Assembly (NCBI GenBank): GCA_036172245.1
Contig: JAYWIR010000001.1
Location: forward strand, 6,448,001-6,512,000
Source: Raillietiella orientalis
Lineage: Eukaryota
Length of the DNA: 64,000 nucleotides
Direction: 5' to 3'
In this document: positions 25,563-36,500 of the stretch, one piece after another
How the letters are laid out: each line of letters starts with the position of its first letter
Position numbering within the stretch: the first letter of the stretch is position 1
The notes under the pieces: model-generated
The model's database searches: none
Seen by the model: only the letters and a program-made list of their open reading frames with translations
What the model was told of the DNA's origin: nothing
Position numbers and translations under genes: made by a program

Positions 25563-27838
25563 TTGGACCTCTTCGCCACGCTGGAGGACGCAAGCGACGG
25601 CACCGTAGCAGCTGGACCGGGAATGCGCGCGCAATTTGCGTCGGGAAGAAGGCGAATAGGCACTCGCCTTGGACGGGGAGCGATCTCGCTGTGCTTTCGC
25701 GCAAGGAAGAACGCGCGCCCTGCCGCTCCGCTGCGTGTTCTCGCTCGTCGGTTCGATCAGGCAGAAGGGACTGGCTGCAGAAGCTCCGGGGCTTTCGTGC
25801 GCGCTGCGCAGCAGCAGTTCGGGGAATCGGCACTCGACGGAAGGGCTTCCCGTCAGAACAACTGGGTCCTCCAAACAAGATTGGACTCTGCTGGTCGAAG
25901 GATTCCTGAGAAGTACTCATAGAACTTCTTCGAGAACTCCTTCGGCACTGTCTGGACCATGGGATGATCCTGGAAACACTAAAAGAAGCAGGGGCAGGCG
26001 ACGAACTGATGTACATCATCCAGGAGATGCACTCCGGAAGTTCCACTTACATCCGACCCTGCAGTAGCTGAGCGAAATAAAGACTGCTTGGAGACGGACT
26101 ACTTTTTTTTTTTTCAGTTATGGATTTTCGTGTCGTCCAGTAGGAATGGACGGCCGCAAGAACCTTCTCCGTGCGGCCAGGAGCGAAGCACGGCTGTCCA
26201 TTAAGTTCACTTTTCTTCATCATAGCAGTTGAAGCCATACTTCGTCCTATGGGGGAAAGCTATAGGGAGCATGTAATTCTCCCCATAGCTTTTACTGGAC
26301 ACACGCCGACGACAAAGTCATTCTATCGAAAAGGACACTCGAGAAGTGAAAACCGACCTTTCCAGACTGCGTGGAGCGAGCCGGCTTGGCCGTCAATCCG
26401 GCGGAGTGCGCGTCGTTGTGTTACAGCGGGAAAGCCCCAAGAGGACCGAAAGAAATTCATGCTGAGGTGAGAAAAAGGAAAATCCCTAGTATCGTCTTAT
26501 CAGAGGCGTACAAGTACCTAGGCAAGCACTCCGGTATGAAGGTCGTGTCCACTGGCCAGAAGGCAAGTGCCATCCGGATGGCAGATGATGGATGACGCTA
26601 TGAAAACCCACTTCTTCTTCAGCCCAGTTCATCACGAGAGAGGCTGCCAATTCACCGAAGTTGACTGTAGAGATGAGCAAATCAGACGAAGAGTTAAGAA
26701 GACCTTGCACCTCCCACCCTGGGCAACAACGAATACCTCTGCGGAGAAAGAATAACAAAAGACTGAGGAAGCTGGCCAATGAGTCGGACGTGTTTACCAT
26801 CGACAGCTGCTTCGAGTTACTCATCTCGCCGGGCAATGCAGCAAACAAACACTAAGCGAAGTAGTCGGAAAGAGGATCCGCGGCCGAGGCCCCGACAGAC
26901 GAAGATCTCGGGGAATTCATGACGGGGATTTCTTCCGGGGAAAGCGCACAATGTGGCAAGGGCACGTAGAGCCTTCGGTCAAAAGGAAGAGCGAAAGCTC
27001 GCTGGCAATTCAACGATGGAAAACCGAACATAACGGTCGACGGCGTCATCCTCAGCAGCAGCAGCAGCAGCAGCACCAGCACGAGGAGGAAGATCGGCTC
27101 CGGCGCAGGAAGCACTGCAGAGGGAACACGCATGGCGGGCAATCCCTGATCCAAAAACACACAGTGTTAAAGCCACGCGGTGCGTGAACGTGCACCACGC
27201 CCCAAGCTTCTTTCACGCCAACTTGGGAGTGAGCTTCCAGGATTGCAAATTCGTCCACGCAGCGAGACTCAACGTGCTACCAATCAGCGCTGAGCCAAGA
27301 ATGAAACGGGAAGAACGTGTCGCATGTCTTCCTTGCTGGACGAAACGTTGCCCCACATACGGAACGGATGCAAGAAACGCGCTCCTCTGTGCATGACACG
27401 CCACAGCGCGATTGAAGAGACGATCAGAAAGTGGACGAAGCCAAGTGGACCCTTGTGTCGAGCAGCCAGAGAGTTCCCGGAACGAGTTGGCTGCTAAAAC
27501 CGCATTTGGTAAGGGAAAAAGGAAAGCGGATTGCAGTGCTGGACTTTTGCTGCCCATGCGACAGTGAAAGAGTGGTGTTCAGCGCAACCGGAAGAAGCAA
27601 AGAAGGAGAATACGAGGGTGTAGGCCTACAGCTGGGAAAAGGGGGGAAGCAATGCAAGGTTGGCTGTCTGGGAGCGCGGCACCCCATAAATGAGGAAGTA
27701 TGGCAGTCTGGCAATCGCAAAGAAGCAATCGATGGAAAGGAGGCACCACATGACGTCTTTGTGCGATACCTATGCAGCACACGTCGCACGGAGAAAAAGG
27801 CGACCAGCCGGAGAAGCGCAACGAGCACAGCCTCTTAG
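25563..27838 (+). mobile_element. Decayed RLE-type non-LTR retrotransposon (R2-group, NeSL/Utopia-like); right copy
   Basis: Motifs occur in the canonical order across frameshifts. RT: 'LDHGMILETLKEAGAGDELMYIIQEMHSGSST', 'GAKHGCPLSSLFFIIAVEAILR', 'GLAVNPAECASL..SGK.PRG', 'YKYLGK'. Thumb: 'DEQIRRRVKKTLHLP', 'ESDVFTIDSCFELLIS'. Then 'FQDCKFVHAARLNVLP', the knuckle 'CLPC..DETLPHIRNGC..TRHSAI', and the RLE 'LKPHLVREKGKRIAVLDFCCP...K.GEY...VGCLGARHPINEE'. Confidence 0.85.
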
Positions 27839-28478
27839 CGCACGGAAGCCGGGAAGCGGAAGAGGCACCAGGAAGAGGGGCGACAAGCGGCTTGAGTACC
27901 TAGCAGCTCACGGGGTGGGCTGTGGACATTCTTTCGCGTCTGCCGTCGTGCCGACGTTGAAGCACCACCTTCATTCCGGGAGCGGACGCGCACGGGAGGG
28001 GGAACGGAGGTGTGGCGGAACGAGGTGGCGCGTTGGCTGCTGGCGGATCGGTTCCGTCCTCTCGCTGATCCCTGGGATGATGATGCCCTTTCCCCGTTTT
28101 CCCTGTCGGTGGGCGCTGCCGGGTGGGGGAAGGCGAGTGCGCTGCTGCTGCGGCGGCCGCAGGAGAAGCGCGGGTGGCCACCGCGGTTTGTGCGTTCGCC
28201 GGGTGGTCGGTCTTTGCGGGTGAGTCGGGTTTGCGCGGGGCCATTTCCGCGTTCCCCGATCCCAGTTTTCGGCGTCCTGCTCGGCGGCACCGAGTCGGGA
28301 AGGGAGCACCCGCATGCGTGTCGAAACGCTGGACTTGGCAGCTGGCAAAAGGAAACGGCGACCGGCTTGCCGCACAGCCCTGATGGACACGTGAAGAAGC
28401 AGCGGCGGGCGTTGCGGAGAAGGCTGCAGACGCAGTGTCGGGAAGCGCGCGTGCAGCAGCATCCTGTCGAAAAGCATC

Positions 28479-29322
28479 ATGAATTTGGAATTATTAGGTG
28501 AGTCGGGGTTCTCGTGGCATTTCGCTGAAATCTGCCCGTGCAGGGAGCGAGCTTCGCTGCCTGAACGATCGTTTTCTAAAAACAAGGGGCGGTGGGGTGG
28601 AGGGTTAAGGGGGGGAGAAGGAAAAAAGAAGGAAAAAAGCAAAGCAAAACAAACCTTCATTGCGGTTGATGCGAATGGAAATGCCTCGGCTTTGCACGCA
28701 CTCACCGCATTGCCCACCTCGCGAATGGCGGACGCAAAGTGGGTCGATTCAAAGTGCATGCAATCGGCAGAACGGCAGTTTCGCGTCTCTTGGGTTTCTC
28801 TTCTTCGGGGGAAAAGTGATGTAAAGAGAATACCCTTGCTCTGTCATCTTTCTGTTGATCGCAGCGAATGACTGTTTCGGAATTGGGTTTGATAATGCTT
28901 TCGTTTTAGAGTCTTTTGGTCAAAATTACCCAGAGGTAAAGACTTCCAACTGTGTGACCCCGTGTTCATCGTGTTGTGTTTACAGGAATTCGATGGAGCT
29001 TTAGATTGTGTTTCTGTTGCTGTAACATGCACGTTTAATCGTCGCGGTACTTTATTAGCAGTTGGCTGCAACGATGGTCGCATTGTCATTTGGGACTTTT
29101 TGACCAGAGGAATTGCAAAAATCATTAGTGCACATGTGCATCCAGTCTGCTCTTTGAGGTCAGTAGCTGCCAGTTGGTGCAAAGCATGGCAACGGTTTTC
29201 CTAGCTGGTCCCGAAATGGTTACCAGCTTCTCAGTGCATGTACAGACAATACAGTGTCCATATGGGAAGTGATCAGTGGCGAATGTGAAGTTCACTATCG
29301 GTTTCCTTCTCCCATTTTAAGG
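28479..29322 (+). pseudogene. RBBP5: Truncated duplicate of RBBP5 (exons 1-4 with introns)
   Basis: Nearly identical to 11930-11087 in inverted orientation. Homology stops at the exon-4 donor (CCCATTTTAAGGTTAC versus CCCATCTTAAAG|GTAT). Exons 5-8 are absent. Confidence 0.92.
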
Positions 29323-32300
29323 TTACACACGGGATTGGCGAAGTTTTCTGACTCGTGCCGCCCGAATCGTGACGGAGGTAGGAGGGGAAGAGGCACGGGA
29401 AAGTGCAGGGGGCTGCCGTCTTCCTCACTTCGTCGAGCTCTTCCATGGAGTTCTCGCGCTGGTCGCTAGGTGGATCCCGATCCTAGGCTCATTGAGGACC
29501 TGTTACGTCCCCGGATGCGCGTGTGCTGCAGTACCCTTAGGAGGGTCCCTCATCCAGCGGAACTCTCCTGCTCATCCTCATCTCGTCATGGTGACGTCCT
29601 GTGTCGTCTGCTAGGACCGCGGCTCGGTTCTCATGGAAAGGGAGGAATGCAGTGAGGAGTCGGCGCAGGTTTTTGGAAGAGAGAAGGAGGACGGATTATG
29701 GGAGGTCTTAGGTGAGGGGGAGGAGAAGAAAGAGAGGAACTGGTCCTTCTTAGTCTTTCCTTCTGCCTTCCTGCTCTTTCTTTCCTCCCCTTTTTGGGCT
29801 CTCCCTCGCCCCTTCTCCCCTCCTCCTCTTCTTTTCCTCCCTATCTTCCCTTCTGCCCCCCTTTCTGCTGCTCCCTTCCTTCTTCTCGGAGGTCGCACTG
29901 CGCGATGGAAAGAGGTGGCCCTTTTCCTGCTTAGCTGTCCTCCGTTTCCTCTGGGAAGCTCCCAAGGCCAAGGAGTGATCAAGGAGGTGCTGTAAGAGTC
30001 CGGGTCGCGAGCAGGAAGATTCCTTCCGGAATGCCTCTGGAGCAGGAGACGAACCATGCAGGACTGCGACCTCGGGCCTGCTAACAGGAACGAGACGTAC
30101 CTTGGTGCTCGCTTCTGGGGTGGGGTGGAGTGGTCTCCTACCTGCCTTAGGGAGAGCCCACGTGCTTGCGGTTGGGAGCAACTTGTGGTTCAGGAACGGA
30201 AGAACCCTTCGGGAGCTCAGGGGACGAAGGAAGTCCCGAGGACGAGTAGTGGAGCAGAGGAGGTGGGAGGTCGGTGGTCTTTCTCCTAATGGAAGGAGTC
30301 ATCGTGGCTCCTCGGCTTGCGGCGTCATATTGTCAATGCCCCGCGGTTTTTGGTGCGCGCGCTCAACTTCTCTTTTTGTAGGACACATTCCGGGGGACGT
30401 CTTTCCCCCTCTGCCGCGGGAGAGAAGGCACCGGAGGGAGTGACTTCCCCCATAGGGTTTTCAAGGGGTTGCTGCTGTTTAATGGGGTGTTAGAATCAGG
30501 GTGGATACGGGGGTGGGAGTGGGAGGGTGGATCGGCCGATGAGCGCCAAGCCAGAACCGGTGTGGCCCCTCGCGACTTCTTGCAGCGCCGGTTGCGGGAG
30601 CGGCGCCCTCCTTCGAGGGAGTCTCCAGCAGAGGATGCGCCGCGATGGAACGCGGGCGCTTGGACCTCAGGGATGTCACGATGCGCAGCTGCGTTTCAGG
30701 GGCCGCGGGCGTAAGAGGGTCTCGCATCCCACGAAGGACCTAGATGGGAGTTGTGCTTCCGCTAGTGAACCACGGAGCGGGGCGCGGCATGTCTGGAGGG
30801 TTCGTTCCTCAGTCGAGCGGATCCGGGAGGGCGGTAGGGAGGTCGAGTTTCTTCCCCTCTAGCGCGCGGGTCGTCCGAGGAGACCGACCTGCCGCCGGGA
30901 AGCGCGACAGCGAAGCCTCCGCTCCAATCAGCAGGATCCACTCCCTGCAGTTCGCAGTTTAGGCCGCGGGCAGGAGGAGGACCAATGGAAAGCAGCGTGG
31001 TCCGGTCGGGGAGGGTCATCAGCGCTTTCCGGAGACCCAAGAGAGCTGCGGTCCTCCCGCTCGCAGCCTCCTCGGGCAGCGGGGAGGGGTGGCATCTGCG
31101 CGGACACGGGAAGGTCCGGCTCGCGGAGCAGCCCGGGAAGGCGGCCGCAGCAGCAGGCCGGGAAAGCCCGTCGCTCAGGGAAGAGGCACATTTTGGGCAC
31201 GGAGGTGGGCCTTCGCCCCTGGTGTCGTCAGGCGGAGGATGAGTTGTGCTGACTCAGGACGCGAGATGGCAGAAGCAGCCTCTTCGCGCGAATTGCCCAG
31301 ATGCACCGCCCCCTCGACAGTCCCGCCCGGTCGGCGAGAACCAAGCCGGGTCCTCCAGCAGCTTCGAATTTTCTCCCCGCGTCCAGTCCGATGAATTCCA
31401 GATCTCCCCTCCCCAGTGCAGTCCTCGTTCTCAGGGGCGGCGCGCTTCGCCCGTCCCCCGATCTTCAGTGCTGCCATCTCGTAGAAGGGAACACTATTAG
31501 GCGGGAGCTCGTCGTAGGGTTCGCTGCAACCGGTCCGACGCGCGCTCGAATGGCGGACCGTCGGCCAACCGCTTCGACGGAAGCCCGGAGGGTCCGCCGA
31601 AAAATGGGGATGCGAGAGACAGCTCCTGCATTCCTGCACGGACCGGCAGGCAATGCCCCTCCGCGCCGCCGTGGTTCCGCTCTCGTGGGTCCACTGGCAG
31701 GGAAGGCAGACCATGCTACCTCGTCAAGGTCGCCAAGGGCTGGGAGCTGCGGAGTGCTGCCTGCCAGCAGCAGGACGGGTTTCTTGGTGACCTCCCCTTG
31801 CCTGTTGGGGAGGCCTGGAAGGGCACGAAGGGCTGCTACCTGGGGATCCGGCGAGATGCTACAGGGCCGCGTGACCCGAGTCCAGCGGAGAGGCGAGTCC
31901 GAAGGGCTGGGCTCGCGGAAGATCTTCCTGCCCAAGACGCTGCGACGTCCACCACTTTCTGCCCGGACCGGCGAAGGGCGCCGCCGGTCTCGAGTGGCGG
32001 GGCAGCCACGCACGAGGGCCTCGCAACGCCTCTGAGCGCGCGGCGGCAGCGGCGACCCTCTTGCAAGCTGGAGGTGCCCGGCCGCAGTGAACCTCCGGCC
32101 AGCAGCCCTGTCAGAGCTCCCAGCGTGGGGAGGCGACCTGATGACCCCTGGCATCCAGGCCGGATCGCGCGGCTGGCTGCGGGCTTTCGGAAGGAGCTGC
32201 AATCCCACAGAGGGGTGCTCGTGCGCAACCACGGTCTGGGTGGCCGCGCCGACGCGGGGTCGCGCTGGCCGGCACGCAGCAGCGTGTCGAGGGGAAAGCC

Positions 32301-33427
32301 CGAGGCGTGGCCTGCGAGCCACGCCCATGGTCCCGAGCGGCAGAGACAGAGATTCCTTCCCGCGTGATGACGCACGGACAAAACAGTCGCGTGTCCCCGC
32401 CGGCGCACGTCCGTGGTGGTCCTTCCTCCAGGGCTGTCCAGCGGAGCCGCACGGTTCGACCGACCGTTGCAACCACGAGGACGCAGCAGGAGGGACGACG
32501 GGGAACGCGTCCTCAAGCGGACGGCCCCTGTGAGGGCGGCCTCTCTGCTTTCTGCGTCTCCCCAGAGGGCGGCGCCGACGGGCGGATGGGACCCTCGTCG
32601 CAGCCTCCTCGCCTCTCCACCTCCTCGATCCAGGCCGCTCCCCGCAGGCCAGAGTCCCAACCCGACGGCCGGGACTCTGGTCCGCAGGTCCTTCCTCCCC
32701 GGCCCTGCGACGCGATGCGGCCCGCTGCGGGGGCTCCTTCCGTGCGGCCCCGCTGGTGGATGCGGGCGGTGCGGTCCGACATCCCAGGGGTCTCCGACCA
32801 CCCCAAGGGGGCCGATGGCCTCCTCGGGGCGAAAACGCCCGGCAGCAATCCAGCAGCAAGGACGCTTGGCGGGGGACGCCGCCTCACCTGTTGGCGCACT
32901 GGCGACTGCCCCCTTCTCGAGCTTGGCACCTCGGCTGGGCAGTGGACGTCGGGAAAGGAGGAACCTGCGCTTCCGTGGTTCGCACCACCTAGTCCGGAGG
33001 CCTGAAAAGCGCTGCGGAGTCGCGGTACTGTCCGCGCCCTCTGCAGGCTCGAAGCGTCCGGTAACAACTGTGGATCCTTGGAAAGCGTTTGGCAAGGGTG
33101 TGGTCTACAGGGGGAGGTCCACCGGGAAGGGCAGCTCGCCGAAAGGGAGGGTCCCGCTTGCCCTGAGAGGGCAGCTGAGCTATCCGGGCACACCTGGATG
33201 AAGTGGCGTTCCGGAAGACCTCCGGGGTTGAACATCCCCCACCAAAGCAAACGGCGCCACTGCGGCCGTCTTCCTTCCATCCAGTTTCAGCGACCCGGAG
33301 GGATACCTCGGGAGCAACGAAGAGAGTCAGCAGGTTTCTTTGACGATGATGACCTTCGGGAGAAACCCTCACCAACTGGAAACGAACTGAGTAGAATTGC
33401 TTCTCATGGTATATCTACATGCTCTGG

Positions 33428-33540
33428 CATGCGACTATTTATATCCTGCGTCTATCTGTAGCTTGCATCTATTTATAGCGCCTGCGCCTATTTATAGCTT
33501 GCGTCTATTTATTGCCTGCATCTATTGATAGCTTGCTATT
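33428..33540. repeat. 17-bp minisatellite, about 6-7 degenerate copies (consensus cYtgcRtctatttatag)
   Basis: catgcgactatttatat / cctgcgtctatctgtag / cttgcatctatttatag / (cg) cctgcgcctatttatag / cttgcgtctatttattg / cctgcatctattgatag / cttgctatt. Confidence 0.85.
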
Positions 33541-36500
33541 ATACTTAAATTTATTGCTTTCGTGTGCTTGACACACGTGTAGGTGCCAGTAGGTTACCAT
33601 CTTTTCCTTCCGTCTTGTCTTTCCACTCCGATGTCTGCGATCACCAGAGACGCGGACACACACACACATTCTTTCCTCAAACACACTGTGCACTCATGTG
33701 CTTTCGACAAGCGCGCTGCCGGTTGTGACAGACGTCAGACTTCAAGCCAATCTGTCAACCACACACAGAAACGGGGAGCTTTCAAAGAGAAGATTAGGCA
33801 GGTCGGGACGAGGAGCCCAGTGATTTTGCAAATCCACTGCGCAAGCGTGGTCCCATTTTCTCATTTCTTCAGAATGGAAAGTCTTAAGCTCGCCGGGGGA
33901 AGAGAGGGAGAGAGAGAGAGAGGAAGAAAGAATTCGTGAGGGAAATCAAAGCGTCCGAAACAACCTCACTGCTCGCACACCCAACAAGATCTGGCCGCTT
34001 GGATTCGGAATTAATTACTAAAAGTAGAGATGAGGTGATGCAAGATAATAAACTACCAATCCAAACCATGTCCGCTTCCTTCGGATGGCATCGCCTACCT
34101 GGTGTTGGATGATCATCTTTCCGGCTGCGCCCTATTTTGTGCACGTTTACTGAGGATGGTTCAAGTTCGTGGTTTTTGCAATAGCATACTTTTCTTCGTG
34201 TACGTGTTCGGAGATCACCACCAGGCAGTCTGAGTGCGCGTGAGGCCCGCTTATGGGAGGGTTCAATCCTAGGACTTGATCAGCGAAGACCTGAAATCGC
34301 AGATGAGGGGGCCGGCTCGTGCCGAAGAGGGCAGGAAGAGGGGAGTCGCAAAAACCCGGTTGCTGCTGTGGAAAGCAAATTGCCCCGGACTGGAATCCGG
34401 CTCTCCGCTCTCGCGGAGCGCGTTCTAACTTGCCTTCACATTCTTAGATGACGCTGCCGGTCACGGGCCTAATTCGGAAGCGTCAGCATGACTCTAGCAC
34501 ATTGTTGCAACCGTCAGTCCCTAGGCCTGCGTCTTGGTGTAATTTCACTCCGCAGTCACGTTTCGTATCAATGAAAGATGGACAGTGTAAGAATGCGTGT
34601 CCCCAATGACCGCAACCAATTAATTTGTGCACACGTTGACCACTCTGTCGCCCCTAGTCGGGTTTTCGTTTTCCCGGATTAACGAACCGATGTTATGGGT
34701 GGAATCCGGCGCTCATTTCGACAGCGGTCATGACTCGTGAAACAAGAAGGAATGATCTCATCGGACCTGTGGGGACTCTGAGGAGGAAGGTTTCTGGTGT
34801 GCATGCACTGCTGGTACAAAGCCATCGCTCCACCAAAAGCAGCTGCATCATGTTGAAAAGCGTAGATCCCCACAGAGAGCATTTGTCGTCTGTCTTCCTC
34901 TCTGGGACAAGCTTTCGGAATCCTCGGAGGCTTTCGGAAGGCGGCAATGGCTTCTTGCCAGCGTCGGCGCGCAGCAAGCGAACCTCTGTCTTGTCCCTCA
35001 TGTCAGCAGCTAACCGCTCGCAGTATCTCGCGAGGAAACTTCATTTTCTGTCGGATCGGAAAATTCGTCGCCCACAGTTCTTTAGCACCCGTAGTGCAAC
35101 GGTTCTTTAACACTGTTCCACTCCACCCAACAATGCGTGTAATTCTTCAAGATAGGGGGTATCCGGGAGGAGAGCACCCTTTAAATCCAAAAAGGGTTCC
35201 GGAGAAGGGAATCCGTTCCTCTCGCACTTGGGAAGGGAACCCCGAAGGGAATATCCTTCCTTATTCTCTCCGGAGGAGCCCCGAAGTGGTCCGCTCCATT
35301 TTCTCTTCTCTGAAGGAAAGCCGGAAAGGATCCGCTATTAGGAATTTCTTCTCCGGAGGAGGGACCCCCCGCAGGACCGCTCCTGGTTTCCTACTCTGGA
35401 GAGAACCCCGAAGGGACGCTTCCGAAATTTCTCAGAATGGCCCTCCCCGAAGGGAGCAGTGCTCTTCTTTGCACTCTGGAGAGGTATCATCAATCCACCA
35501 GCTCCAACGTACGCGACGGGGGTTCCCCCCCGAAAAAGGATCCGTTCCTTTGCACAATCGGAGAGGAACCCTTAAGGGAACCTCGCTCTTTGATTCTGTT
35601 ACCTGGAAGGACTCCGGAGGGTCGACTCCCCATCCCGACCACTCATCGGGGGCATCGGGTTTTAACCGCCACCGGTACCGCATCCGAAGTCTATAGGCCA
35701 ACTAGCGTCATCTTGCGGGAGGAACTCGAACCCACGACGCACCCGTTTCTCTGCGTCGATTCTTTCCGAGTATTCGAACCCGAGACACTTGGTGACACGT
35801 GCGGAGACCGCAACCACATGGCCTCCGACGCGGGTGAAGTGCTCCTTCCACTTCCACGCGTCCCGTGTCACCCGAGAACGAAAGTCACGGGTGTTTCAGA
35901 GGGTATTCTGTCCCACGCTGCGTGGTGCTGAAAAAAAGGGAGGACAAGGGAACGGAACGAATCCCGGAAAAGCAGAGGACCGACAGCTCCTCCAGTAGAT
36001 GAGTCTGTTCGATTGGTGCTCGTTTAAAAGTGTCTTGCAGCTGAATTATCCGTGACTTCAGTCTTCTAGGAGACTTCCCCCTAGAACTCCCCACCTCGGA
36101 ACGTGGGTTGGCGACCTTCCGCAGTTTCGTTCCACCCAGGGCGATGCCGAGCGCGAGATCGCATAGGCAGAGAAACATTCAAAGCATCTTCTCTTCTTTG
36201 CGGTTTTGGCTTTCCAGTTTCTCTGTTGATAGACTGGAGGAGTGGAAAGGGCACTTGAGCGCTGACAAACTTACGCAAAAAAGAAAAAAGAAATGCAGGA
36301 TGCCTTGCCGAGATGTCAGGGGAAGTTCGACGGGACTCGCGTTTCTTTTGTCTGCAATGTTTCGTTCCATCAACTCAGGCGAGCTTATGGGATCCAATTC
36401 GTTTGAATTGAAACTGCTGGCTTTCTGATGGTCAACACTGAAGACTAGCCGAGAAGTAGGCATGGCATGCCTCTAGGCGTAGGGGCTCACAATCACCCGC

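Larger units (their letters stand above)
23884..29322. repeat. Right arm of ~5.4 kb inverted duplication (partner 11087-16529)
   Basis: Reverse complement of the left arm. Begins gtccattggtcacatgacgaacgaagg and ends ...ccttctcccattttaagg. Confidence 0.97.

Noticed and set aside
11087-29322. Interpreting the inverted arms as TIRs of a giant Foldback, Polinton or Pack-type transposon
   Set aside because: The arms end inside a host exon, I saw no target-site duplication or terminal motif, and the spacer has no transposase, integrase or polymerase.
33428-33540. Short regularly spaced repeats as a possible CRISPR-like array
   Set aside because: The units are contiguous with no unique spacers, in a eukaryotic context; it is a minisatellite.
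34225-34275. ggttcaatcc B-box-like motif suggesting a tRNA or SINE
   Set aside because: No convincing A-box or cloverleaf stems.
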